Source: Promethearchaeota archaeon Loki_b32 (GTDB taxonomy: Archaea; Asgardarchaeota; Lokiarchaeia; Sigyniarchaeales; SOKP01). Taken from it: a DNA stretch of 64,000 nucleotides. The first letter of the stretch is position 1. The number at the start of each line of letters is the position of its first letter. Position numbers and translations under genes: made by a program. Shown here in pieces: positions 1 through 9,773 of this stretch. Where the stretch lies: contig NJBH01000001.1 of NCBI GenBank assembly GCA_005223125.1, positions 180,495-244,494 on the forward strand. The letters are read 5' to 3'. Below the pieces are notes generated by a model. It did no database searches. It had not been told where the DNA came from and was given only the letters and a program-made list of their open reading frames with translations.

Positions 1-477
1 TAGCATTAAAATAAAAAGAAGAGTCTCTATTGCTATAGATATCTTATTATTATAATATTTTTCGTCAAAAAAGTATTCAGGGACTTTGTATTCAGCTAAA
101 TATTTAGGAAGATTTTCAAATTCATCTTTTGAAATTAGAAATTTAAAACCTATTTGTTTTTTTTGGAAGTAAAAAAAGTTCGTTCCCCAATCAATAGTAT
201 CAATAATTATATGTATAGAATAACTAAAACCGCAAATAATTAATACTGGCCACATTAAAATATAACCAATAATAATTACGATAATACTTGGGATTATTGA
301 ATGAGTAATTAATAATCTATGATTATGATCTTTAGCAAATTTAATGAATAAAACATCGAAATCACAAAAAAATGAGAACAAAACAATCAATGAAAATTCC
401 AGAAGAGTAAACTTAAAAAAATAGTTCAAAATGGAAGCAATAATAACACCTACAGCAAAATGACTGTTGATATGCAT
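1..477 (-). CDS. Membrane-bound metal-dependent hydrolase (YdjM/DUF457-like), 3' end runs off the window
   Basis: Not in the ORF track. Manual translation from ATG at 477: MHINSHFAVG...FCDFDVLF...HNHRLLITHS...HIIIDTIDWG, giving the H, DxD, HR-THS and H-x3-D pattern with hydrophobic segments. Confidence 0.7.
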   Translation of the reverse strand, partial: MHINSHFAVGVIIASILNYFFKFTLLEFSLIVLFSFFCDFDVLFIKFAKDHNHRLLITHSIIPSIIVIIIGYILMWPVLIICGFSYSIHIIIDTIDWGTNFFYFQKKQIGFKFLISKDEFENLPKYLAEYKVPEYFFDEKYYNNKISIAIETLLFILML

Positions 478-487
478 AGAAACTAAT

Positions 488-1489
488 TTACTCTAATTTT
501 TGACTATTTGATATATATTTTTTTTTTTTCAATCTTTTTAAAATTGCTTTTTTAGTTTCACAGCCAGCAGGTCCTTTTTTTTCAACTAAAAAAGAAGCAG
601 CTGCAGATGCTAAATAAGCCGATTTTTCAATTGATTTCCAAGATTTATCCAAATGAATAAATTCATATAGGAATATTGAAAAATACACATCTCCGGCACC
701 GGTCTCATCCACAACTCTTTTGGCTTTAAAAGCCGGAATTTTTAAGATGTTTTCACCTCTTTTAGTGAGCATAGAACCTTTTTCTCCCAATGTCATAATG
801 TATATTCCGTTATTATTGTATTCATAACAGTGAGTTATTACTTCGTCAAAATCATCACATTCCCCTGCAATAAGTTTCATTTCTTCCTCTGAACCTTTCA
901 ATATCAATCTATCACCTATTAAATCTATTATTTTTCGCATATTAGCTATGATTTCAGTATCATAAACATATTTAACTTTACCATCTTCATCAATTTTTCT
1001 AATAAAACCTTGTAAATCTATACCTATGTATGCATCAGGAAATTTCTTTAAAATTTGAGATACATATTCATAAGAAATTTCATTACATAATGGTACAAGT
1101 ACGAAAACATCAGGAGGATTTTTAAGAAAATCTAAGGGAATATCATTAAAATCAAGATTAGGACTCCTAGATTTAAGAGTTAAAGTTCTCGTATGATCAA
1201 AGTAATCTAAAACAAAATTTGTATTTTTTACCTTAGAATATTTAATTCCTCTCAAATTAATATTTTTGTTTTTTATTTTATCCAATAAAGAATTATTAAA
1301 ATTTAATTTACCAATATGAGAAATTATGCTTATTTTAGCGTCTCGAGTGTAAGTTCTTAAAGCTAAAGAGCAGTAGGAAACACTCCCGCCCAAACTTGGC
1401 TTGTTTATACGCTTAAATCGTATTATATTGTCAACAGCAAAGTGGCCAGCAAAAAAAATAGAAGTATGATTTTTGTTTTGACTACTCAT
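488..1489 (-). CDS. PfkB/ribokinase-family carbohydrate kinase
   Basis: N-terminal D...GGS, TLGEKG and DETGAGD anion-hole motifs. Confidence 0.85.
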   Translation of the reverse strand: MSSQNKNHTSIFFAGHFAVDNIIRFKRINKPSLGGSVSYCSLALRTYTRDAKISIISHIGKLNFNNSLLDKIKNKNINLRGIKYSKVKNTNFVLDYFDHTRTLTLKSRSPNLDFNDIPLDFLKNPPDVFVLVPLCNEISYEYVSQILKKFPDAYIGIDLQGFIRKIDEDGKVKYVYDTEIIANMRKIIDLIGDRLILKGSEEEMKLIAGECDDFDEVITHCYEYNNNGIYIMTLGEKGSMLTKRGENILKIPAFKAKRVVDETGAGDVYFSIFLYEFIHLDKSWKSIEKSAYLASAAASFLVEKKGPAGCETKKAILKRLKKKKYISNSQKLE

Positions 1490-2617
1490 TTATGAGGATT
1501 TTAATTCTTCAATGATTTTATTTTTTTCATTTATTGTTAACTTCAGCTTATTTATTTTATTTTGTAAGTCTTCAATTAACCCTGACATTGGTCCTTTATG
1601 AACAATAGGCTGAGATTGCTGTTTCGCTTTTAGTTCTACAATTAAATGATCCTTTCCTTCTAATTGTTCTTGAAGATTTTTTATTTTTTTATCTGCCTCG
1701 TTAATTTGAGTTGTCCACGTGGCTTCTTGTGATTTATTTTGTAAGGATTTCTGTATCTGTGAAAGTTCATTTTTGAGTTCTTCATTATCTCTCTTAAGGA
1801 TTTTTAATTCCTCTGGTTCCAATTGGAATCCTCCGCTTTCAATGGTTTGTGCAAGCTCAGATTTCTCTTTATTTAATTTTTCCACTATTTTCTTATACTT
1901 ATTTAAATCTGATTGAAGATCTTGGCATAATATTTCTAATGTTTCTGATGAGGGTTTTGTCGATAGGGGTTTTATCACTGATGATTTTGGTTCTTCCACA
2001 GGAATTACATAATCGATTGGTAATTTTTTCATCTTCTCTAATAATTCTTTGTTTAAAGATTCGTTTTCCTCAGTTAATTCACTAATTCTATTTTCTAATT
2101 CGTTAACTTTTGTTTTCTTTTTAGATAATTCAGATTTCAAATTATCAATCAAAGCTGTCGTTATTTCAGAACCCTTCCCTGCAGTAGAACTCTCTATTTC
2201 TTTTGATGTCGTTGAAGCTGCTTCTAATTTCATCTTTAAATCATTAATTTCGTTAATTTTAGATATTAGTTCTACTTCTTTTTCAGTTAGATTTTTTTCT
2301 AAGCTTATTACTTTATTGTTAAGCATTTTATTTTCTTGTTGAATATCACTTACCTTTACGTTATCAACCATTCCTGCATTTTTTAATTGTTGTTTTAGAC
2401 TTTTATTTTCTTCAATAGTTTTTGTAATTATTACTTCAGTTTTGGTGATTAATTCAATGTTCTCTTTAATTTTATTTCTCAGTCGTTCATTCTCCTCTTC
2501 TACTTGTTTAATTCGCTCTATGGTTTCTCCAATAGCACTTGGTGTTTCTATTTCATTTTCCATCTTTTTTTTCCAAAGACTGATAAAATCCTCAACTTTT
2601 TCATTTTCTTCTGGCAT
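1490..2617 (-). CDS. Long coiled-coil hypothetical protein
   Basis: 375-aa ORF, E/K/L heptad-rich; abuts the pfkB-like gene. Confidence 0.7.
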   Translation of the reverse strand: MPEENEKVEDFISLWKKKMENEIETPSAIGETIERIKQVEEENERLRNKIKENIELITKTEVIITKTIEENKSLKQQLKNAGMVDNVKVSDIQQENKMLNNKVISLEKNLTEKEVELISKINEINDLKMKLEAASTTSKEIESSTAGKGSEITTALIDNLKSELSKKKTKVNELENRISELTEENESLNKELLEKMKKLPIDYVIPVEEPKSSVIKPLSTKPSSETLEILCQDLQSDLNKYKKIVEKLNKEKSELAQTIESGGFQLEPEELKILKRDNEELKNELSQIQKSLQNKSQEATWTTQINEADKKIKNLQEQLEGKDHLIVELKAKQQSQPIVHKGPMSGLIEDLQNKINKLKLTINEKNKIIEELKSS

Positions 2618-2674
2618 TTTACTTCAAACCATTTTTTATCGAAAACATTTAATATAGGAATTGTTTTATTTAAT

Positions 2675-3559
2675 TTATTTCATTAACACTCCTGAAAAAT
2701 ATCCCACACAATATCCACTAATATTTCCAGTTTTTTCAGAACTTGTGTAATATTTTAATAATTTTCCTTTACTTGCATTTAAATTTTTACATATCATCAA
2801 TAAAGAAGTTATAGTTTGAGATCCACATACAGTTGTTTTTGAAGCTGTTTCTAGCGTTTTTTCAGGGTTCATATTAACAAAAGCTTCAATTACTTGTTGA
2901 TCTCTCTCCTTGAATTTTACTAATTGCTTTGTATCATATATCTCTTTATGGGTCATATCAGAAGATGCAACTATAACCACATCCTTATCGTATGATTCAA
3001 TTGATTTCGCAATGTCGTTTGATATTATACTTAAAACATTAAAATCTTTAACAGCAACTTTTATTGGTATAAATTTAACACTTTTTTCTTGAGCACAGTA
3101 TTTAATAAAGGGTAACTGTACTTCGATATTATGTTCTCTTCCAAAAGGATGTCCAATGAATGCCGACTCATCGTTTATAATTTTATTACTATTATCTAAT
3201 ATTCTTTCAGATAATTCTTTATCAATAGATATATTCCCTAGAGGCGTTTCCCACTCTCCCTCACTCATTAAAGCAATTTTACCATAACCAATATGATCAG
3301 TGCCTAAAATAATAATCGTGTCAGGTATTTTTTCTTTAAATAAATTCAGAAAGGTATATGCTGCGGCACAACCAGAGTAAATATATCCAGCATGAGGGGA
3401 CACACCACCAATAATAGTTCTCTCGTCTTTATTTAAAGTTTTAAATTCCTCACCTGGACCAAATTCTTTATCTAAAAACGAATCTTTTATTATTTTTAGC
3501 AAATCTGGTTTGTAGCGTGGATAAAAGTGACCAGCCACAATAGCCTGTCGAGTGACCAT
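2675..3559 (-). CDS. MEMO1-family protein (AmmeMemoRadiSam protein B)
   Basis: VAGHFYP, PHAGYIYSG, WETPLG, EHNIEVQLPF, ASSDMTH and CG motifs. Confidence 0.92.
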   Translation of the reverse strand: MVTRQAIVAGHFYPRYKPDLLKIIKDSFLDKEFGPGEEFKTLNKDERTIIGGVSPHAGYIYSGCAAAYTFLNLFKEKIPDTIIILGTDHIGYGKIALMSEGEWETPLGNISIDKELSERILDNSNKIINDESAFIGHPFGREHNIEVQLPFIKYCAQEKSVKFIPIKVAVKDFNVLSIISNDIAKSIESYDKDVVIVASSDMTHKEIYDTKQLVKFKERDQQVIEAFVNMNPEKTLETASKTTVCGSQTITSLLMICKNLNASKGKLLKYYTSSEKTGNISGYCVGYFSGVLMK

Positions 3560-3679
3560 TTTTTTAACCCATCTCTTTTTTAATAATGCTATTAAAATTA
3601 TTAATGTTAAAAATTATATAATATCATCTAATCTAAGTAAAATTGAAAGATTTATTAAATTATTTTTAATACCTCTTTA

Positions 3680-4288
3680 TTGATGAACCAGATAAACGAC
3701 AAACAAATATCTCTTGATGATATCGAAGTACCAGAAAAAATTCCTACAAAATTCATAAATAACCGAGTGATTGTTTTTAACTCACTTTTTGCGTCTTATT
3801 TATATGTTAAAGGTATCAATGGACAACGTTTTTTTGGTTCCCCATTAGGGATTAGTAAGCCGCGATTGGAGTATTTCTCAAAACCATCAGAACTATCGTT
3901 AATTGAAGCATATTATTTATTACAAAGAGAAGCTATAACAATTTTTCACGTAAAAGAAAACAAATATTTAATATCTGAAGAATTCTATGAGATTGCAAAA
4001 AAAAATCATCATAAGTTTAAAGAAAAATACATTATCTACAAAGATTTAAGAGATAGAGGATATATTCCTAGGCCTGGACTAAAGTTCGGAGCCGATTTTG
4101 TGATTTATCGTCTTGGTCCAGGGCTTGAGCATTCTCTTTTTATGGTTCATGTTTTACCACATGATGCTGAAATTACTGCGATTGATATGGTCAGAGCTGG
4201 TCGTTTAGCAACCTCAGTGAGAAAAAAATTTGTAATTGCCAATCCTCTTACGTGCAGTTATTACTTTTTTGAGTGGTTCAAACCTTGA
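3680..4288 (+). CDS. endA: tRNA-intron (splicing) endonuclease, catalytic subunit
   Basis: LSLIEAYYL, YKDLRDRGY, GLKFGADFVIY, EHS and RLATSVRKK (Tyr/His/Lys triad). Confidence 0.92.
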   Translation: MMNQINDKQISLDDIEVPEKIPTKFINNRVIVFNSLFASYLYVKGINGQRFFGSPLGISKPRLEYFSKPSELSLIEAYYLLQREAITIFHVKENKYLISEEFYEIAKKNHHKFKEKYIIYKDLRDRGYIPRPGLKFGADFVIYRLGPGLEHSLFMVHVLPHDAEITAIDMVRAGRLATSVRKKFVIANPLTCSYYFFEWFKP

Positions 4289-4312
4289 GAAATAAGATTG
4301 GTTAATTTATAA

Positions 4313-6133
4313 TTAGATTGTTAGACTTCTTAATCTTTTCAGTAATTTATTCTTTAATTCTTCAATTAGGTAGAAATCATCATTTTTAACAGAATGTCTA
4401 ATTCTTAAAATTTCATTAATAATCTCAGAATCTAAGAAATTTTCAATTAAAATACCTTGTTCTATAAGTAATTTCCCTTCATTATAAATTAAGAGAATGA
4501 TTTTAATTAGACCCAATAATTTTTTAATTTTAGTATAATTGTCGATATCATCAAAAGCACTCTGAATTAAAAAACCATTTTTAATTAATCTTGCGAGGAA
4601 AAGAACTAGTTGTTGATCATCAGGTAAATTTTTTTCTCCTATGAGTTGAATAATATAAGTTAATTCTTTCTCTTCTGATAATATCTCATTTACTTGTTTT
4701 CGACACTCAATCCAATCAATATCGATCTCGGGCCAATCAATATCCCTTTCATACCACCATTCAGCGATTAATGGAGCATAATTTGAATATGAATTCATCC
4801 AATTTATTGCAGGATAGTGCTTTAAATAAGCCAATTTTTGGTCTAATGCCCAAAATGATTGTACTAATCGCTTAGTGGTTGCGGTAACAGGTTCACTAAA
4901 ATCAGCTGCAGGAGGTGAAATTGTACCAATAATAGTTAATGATCCCTTTCTCCCAATTCCTTGATGATCTGTTCCAAGTGTTTTAACAACCCCAGCCCTT
5001 TCATAGAAATTTGAAAGCTTTGATGGCAAATAAGCAGGATACCCTTCTTCTGCGGGCATTTCTTCTAACAATCCAGAGATCTCTCTAAGAGATTCTGCCC
5101 ATCTTGAGGTGCTGTCTGCGAGAACAGCAACATCATATCCCATATCTCGAAAATATTCTGCTATTGTTACTCCAGAGAATAAACTAGCCTCTCTTGCTGA
5201 AACGGGCATATTTGAAGTATTAGCTATTAGAACAATACGTTCTAATAAAGGACGTCCAGTTTGAGGATTTATTATTTCAGAAAATTGCTTTAGAATATTT
5301 GCAATCTCGTTCCCTGGTTCTCCACACCCTATAAATACAACAACATCAGCATTACTCCATTTAGCTAAAGATTGTTGTATTACTGTTTTTCCTGTCCCAA
5401 AACCGCCAGGTATTGCTGTAGTACCTCCTTTTGCTATTGGAAATAACAAATCTATAACTCGCATTCCTGTAATTAATGGTTCACTAGGGTTTTCTTTCCT
5501 GGCATAAGGGCGATTTACTGTAATTGGCCATTTTTGCATCATTGAAAATGATTTCTCTTGAGAATTTATTTTCAATTTATATATTTCATCTATAATTGTA
5601 TAATCACCCTCATCAGAGATAAATGAAAGAGTGCCTGAATGATATGGAGGAACCATAATATTATGCTCAAAGTTTTGTGTTTCTTGAACAGTACCTATGA
5701 TATCACCGCTATTAATTTTGTCTTTTATCTTTCTTAATGGAATAAAATGCCACTTTCTGGTCCTAGATAAAGGAGGAAATTTAATACCCCTTTCCAATCC
5801 TCCAGAGCCAAAATTTTTAAAAACTTCTTTTAGGGGTCTTTGAATCCCATCAAAAACATTAGATATTAATCCAGGAGCTAATTCCATTGATAGAGGCTCG
5901 TTTAAATTGATAACCTCTTCATTTAATTTTACCCTTATTGTGTTTTCATAACATTGTGCTATGATATGGTCAGAATATATTTGTATTACTTCCCCCAATA
6001 TTTGATAGTTTGATATTTTCACAAGATCATGAAGCCGAACATGATTCTCTAATCCTTTAATTTTAATGAGAGATCCAATAATTGCTGATATATAGCCTGT
6101 ATTGAATCCTTTGTTAGATTCTTCCATATACAA
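4313..6133 (-). CDS. atpA: A/V-type ATPase subunit A, second paralog with altered catalytic motif (GEPGNE)
   Basis: Full-length A homolog: P-loop [41 protein letters not shown]; catalytic-region Arg replaced by Pro. Confidence 0.9.
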   Translation of the reverse strand: MYMEESNKGFNTGYISAIIGSLIKIKGLENHVRLHDLVKISNYQILGEVIQIYSDHIIAQCYENTIRVKLNEEVINLNEPLSMELAPGLISNVFDGIQRPLKEVFKNFGSGGLERGIKFPPLSRTRKWHFIPLRKIKDKINSGDIIGTVQETQNFEHNIMVPPYHSGTLSFISDEGDYTIIDEIYKLKINSQEKSFSMMQKWPITVNRPYARKENPSEPLITGMRVIDLLFPIAKGGTTAIPGGFGTGKTVIQQSLAKWSNADVVVFIGCGEPGNEIANILKQFSEIINPQTGRPLLERIVLIANTSNMPVSAREASLFSGVTIAEYFRDMGYDVAVLADSTSRWAESLREISGLLEEMPAEEGYPAYLPSKLSNFYERAGVVKTLGTDHQGIGRKGSLTIIGTISPPAADFSEPVTATTKRLVQSFWALDQKLAYLKHYPAINWMNSYSNYAPLIAEWWYERDIDWPEIDIDWIECRKQVNEILSEEKELTYIIQLIGEKNLPDDQQLVLFLARLIKNGFLIQSAFDDIDNYTKIKKLLGLIKIILLIYNEGKLLIEQGILIENFLDSEIINEILRIRHSVKNDDFYLIEELKNKLLKRLRSLTI

Positions 6134-6154
6134 TTAATACCCCCTAAATTTCAA

Positions 6155-6595
6155 TTAATAAATAATTTGATGCTTACAAAATGGGCATGTGTCTACAAAA
6201 TTTGGTACTATATTACCACAATTTTCACATTTTTTAATTATTGATTTACGATATTTAAAATCAAGATTAACCGGTTTGAAGATTTTTGTTTGAGATTGCT
6301 GTAAGCCTTTTTTTCTTTTACTAGATATTTGTGCCTTTTGATTATTGATTTTTATTTTTCTTCGTCTGTCTGGAAACATTCTAGAATAAAGAGACCTTTT
6401 ATTTCTCCTCAAGAAAGGTCCAATAGTAGTTAAGAAAACAAATACTACTAATAATGTTATTATTAAAGGATTGAAACCAAATTCAAGAAGGAGAAAATAG
6501 AAATAAAGTAATATACTTAAATATACAACCAGTATTATTGACCGAATAATTAGTTTTTTTCTATTTAACCTATTTTGAATTTCTTCATTAGACAT
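6155..6595 (-). CDS. Two-TM membrane protein with C-terminal zinc ribbon
   Basis: Two hydrophobic helices, basic linker, CENCG...CPFC. Confidence 0.75.
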   Translation of the reverse strand: MSNEEIQNRLNRKKLIIRSIILVVYLSILLYFYFLLLEFGFNPLIITLLVVFVFLTTIGPFLRRNKRSLYSRMFPDRRRKIKINNQKAQISSKRKKGLQQSQTKIFKPVNLDFKYRKSIIKKCENCGNIVPNFVDTCPFCKHQIIY

Positions 6596-6624
6596 AATTC
6601 GTGGTTATCACATTCACTTCAGTA

Positions 6625-9111
6625 TTATTGAAATTTTTTCAATATATACTTCTTAGCTTTATTAATTTCTTCTTTTACTGATTTGGTATCAATTTCTTTT
6701 TCGATCTCTTCAATAATAATATCCTTATCGATTTCTCCCCTAAAATTGATAATCGAATAATCATTATCTAAATAAAATGGAAAATATTCAATTCCTGCCC
6801 CCCGATAGAACTTAAAGAAGAATTCGTAGAAGTGCAAACGAAGAGCATTGATAAAAACTAATAATCCTTCTAATAAGATTACAACTAAATTACCAAATAT
6901 CGCCCCAATAAAATTTACAATCTCTACTCCAATACTCTCTCCCTCAATCAACGCTGACATGGCATTTATAGAATATAATAATGCTATATGAGCTAATGCC
7001 AATGCTAATAATCTGATATAAGATGCAACATTACTCATAATAGATAAAGCAGTGTCGAATGCTTCAATTGAACCTTCACCTAATAAACCTCCAAAAGATT
7101 CATTTTGTAAATATGAAATTTTAAATAATTTGCCAAAAGGTTTCGATATTAGCAAAAGAATTCCAGGAATTAAAACTAGTAATATAGGATATGGATCCGC
7201 GAACCAAGTATATATAGCAAAACCATATCCAAAAATTAAAACTGTTCCTCCTGTTAATAATAGAATTTTAATAAAGGAATCGCTAAATGCTAAATATTTT
7301 CTATGTTGTTTCCAGTAATTTAAAAATTGGATAAACCAACCCAAATTGATGTGAAAAACACCAATATATACAGCAAAGGTGAATACATTCATTATATTAT
7401 TCAATGGATTAAATAGAGTGATATTAAAAATTCTTAAATCAAATATTCCTTGGAGGTTTAATAAGTACATAATTAAACTAAATAATGCCATACACACACC
7501 AAGACCAATAAATCTTTTCCCCAATCTACGCTTTATCGCAATAATTAGAACTCCAATAATAACTAATATTCCTCCAATGATTACTATATATCCCAAGAAC
7601 TGTATAACTAACAATGCAATCGAAGCAATGGATATCGGTTTAAGATGCCAAATTACATTTCCAAATATTTCTATTTCATGCATTCCAAAAAATTCTCCAT
7701 ATAAAAATCCAACAAAAATGGCAGCCCAACCGCAAAAGAAAATTATCCAACATAGATTTACGACGTCTTTACTTCGTTTTCTTAATAATATCGCACCTAA
7801 TATTCCAGAAATTATAAGAATTACTCCATGTCCAATATCACCAAACATCAAACCGAAAAGTATTGGAAAAGTTATAGCTATAATTGGAGTAGGATCTATT
7901 TCAGAATAATTAGGTGTTCCATACATTTTGGTAATAGTTTCAAAAGGTTTTACCAGAAAGAAATTTTTCATAATAGTTGGCGCTTTTTCCCTCAAATCTT
8001 CTTTTTCTTCATGTTCTTCTATCTCTTCATCTACACTAATGTATTTTTCTTTAAGTTCTCCCTTTTTTTTCTTCTTATCAATTTTTTTTGTTTTTGAAAT
8101 GGACGTTTCATATATTGGCTGTTTTTTAGATATATCAAACGTCTCAAAAATTATATTATCTTTAAAAGTTTTAAATAAAATCTGTAGTATTTCTTCTTTT
8201 TTTGAAATTGGAACAAAAAATTTGAGTATTAAACGATTTGAAGATGATCGTTCGAATTGCTGTTCAACCCAATTATACTCTTCAATGTTTTGTACAATTT
8301 CATTAATACCCACGATTTTTGCTAAATTATCTGATGTAATTCGATTTTGTTCTTTCCTATATCTTGATACTAAGTTTTCAATAAATTTAATCTCCTTATT
8401 TATTCTCGAAAAATTAATTCCCTCATTTGTTAAATATTTTTTTAATATTGGAACTTCTTCAGAATGAATTAATCGAATCCTTCCTCTAAATTCTTCTTCT
8501 TTATCTTTTGGATAAAGAATATAAAAACCAATTCGATCATCAGGAATTTCAAATACCTCATAAAAGTTAGGAAATTCTGAGAAATCAAGAAGATTTTGGA
8601 GATTAGTAAAATTTTTAGAAAATGTAGTAAAAACTCTAAACTTAAATTGTTTTAAGTCATCAATTTTATCTTTACTAAAATTTAATTTTTCTAAATATGT
8701 ATAGCTCGCTTTTAGTGTACGAAGATTTTCTAATTCTATTATTCCTTGTGAAATATAATTATTTAGTTCGGTAAATCTATTTGCAAAAAAATCTATTTCT
8801 TCAAGGAGATGAGTAATTAATTCATGTAAATCTTTTGCTACAAATTCAGCTCTTTTATCCTTATCAACTTTCGTTTCTAAGAGCTCATATTCATTTAAAT
8901 TAAGCCTTTTAAGTAAACTATTTAAATTTTTCCTTAAAGTCTTAATAGATTCTCTAATTGAATCTTTTTCCTCCAATTTTTCCTTAATTTCAGGTTTTTC
9001 TCTTTGTTTTATATGAACGGAGTTTATATTAGACAATACAACAAGAAATTGATCTTTAAAATTCTCGTTAAGTTCGGCTTTAATTAAACTAAATTCATCT
9101 TTCCTTACCAT
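6625..9111 (-). CDS. atpI: A/V-type ATPase subunit I (a)
   Basis: EIDPTP, FGLMFGDIGHG, SYIRLLALALAH (essential Arg), LRLHFYEFF. Confidence 0.95.
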   Translation of the reverse strand: MVRKDEFSLIKAELNENFKDQFLVVLSNINSVHIKQREKPEIKEKLEEKDSIRESIKTLRKNLNSLLKRLNLNEYELLETKVDKDKRAEFVAKDLHELITHLLEEIDFFANRFTELNNYISQGIIELENLRTLKASYTYLEKLNFSKDKIDDLKQFKFRVFTTFSKNFTNLQNLLDFSEFPNFYEVFEIPDDRIGFYILYPKDKEEEFRGRIRLIHSEEVPILKKYLTNEGINFSRINKEIKFIENLVSRYRKEQNRITSDNLAKIVGINEIVQNIEEYNWVEQQFERSSSNRLILKFFVPISKKEEILQILFKTFKDNIIFETFDISKKQPIYETSISKTKKIDKKKKKGELKEKYISVDEEIEEHEEKEDLREKAPTIMKNFFLVKPFETITKMYGTPNYSEIDPTPIIAITFPILFGLMFGDIGHGVILIISGILGAILLRKRSKDVVNLCWIIFFCGWAAIFVGFLYGEFFGMHEIEIFGNVIWHLKPISIASIALLVIQFLGYIVIIGGILVIIGVLIIAIKRRLGKRFIGLGVCMALFSLIMYLLNLQGIFDLRIFNITLFNPLNNIMNVFTFAVYIGVFHINLGWFIQFLNYWKQHRKYLAFSDSFIKILLLTGGTVLIFGYGFAIYTWFADPYPILLVLIPGILLLISKPFGKLFKISYLQNESFGGLLGEGSIEAFDTALSIMSNVASYIRLLALALAHIALLYSINAMSALIEGESIGVEIVNFIGAIFGNLVVILLEGLLVFINALRLHFYEFFFKFYRGAGIEYFPFYLDNDYSIINFRGEIDKDIIIEEIEKEIDTKSVKEEINKAKKYILKKFQ

Positions 9112-9122
9112 TTATAGCATAC

Positions 9123-9770
9123 TCAAATTGTTTTTTGTTTTTGGATAATTATATCTTTTGTTTTTTTTAATCTAATATAGTTTTCTCTTTCGATTTCTTC
9201 TAATATCTCTCGAATTTTTTTAATATTAAATTTTAATCTTGGTATTATTAAATTTTTTAGACCATTTATCCTACGATTGATTTTTTTAAAATTTATAGCG
9301 TGTTTTAAAATCAGATCCTCAATTTCAGAAAATTGGATTAATTGTTCAAAAAATATTTTTAATACATTAATTAAATCATCCAAATAATGACTTGTGTTTT
9401 CGAATGTATAAGCAGGAAGTTTCTCTTCTTGAATTAATTCATATTTAATCTTTGGAATCATTATTCCTGCTTTTTTTTTATGTTGAATCTCAATTTTAGG
9501 TTTATATTGGATCCTACTTAATTTACTAATTAAAAATAAATTATTCTTACCCATCTCTTCATAAGTGAGATTTAGCAATTTTAGTGATTTCTTAAATAGA
9601 GAGAGAAATTCTTTCCTATTTGTCTTATATTGTTTCCACAATTTTCTCAGTTCGAAAATTAATTGTTTTCTCCTGAATTCTAAAAAATTTTCTCCTTTGT
9701 CTGCAAATGCTAACCTTTTTTGCAGTGCCATTAAATTCGATTTCGTTGGCTTAATCTCTCTAAAACTTAT
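9123..9770 (-). CDS. atpD: A/V-type ATPase subunit D; probable start ATA 9770 or ATT 9773, ORF track starts at 9731
   Basis: In-frame upstream extension SFREIKPTKSNL supplies the conserved N-terminal PT(K/R)xxL motif; NRRINGL...IIP and ERENYIRLKKTK. Confidence 0.88.
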   Translation of the reverse strand: MSFREIKPTKSNLMALQKRLAFADKGENFLEFRRKQLIFELRKLWKQYKTNRKEFLSLFKKSLKLLNLTYEEMGKNNLFLISKLSRIQYKPKIEIQHKKKAGIMIPKIKYELIQEEKLPAYTFENTSHYLDDLINVLKIFFEQLIQFSEIEDLILKHAINFKKINRRINGLKNLIIPRLKFNIKKIREILEEIERENYIRLKKTKDIIIQKQKTI

Positions 9771-9773
9771 AAT

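Noticed and set aside
1490-2617. Coiled-coil protein as an SMC, ESCRT or cytoskeletal homolog
   Set aside because: No ATPase or family motif; coiled-coil composition alone is not diagnostic.
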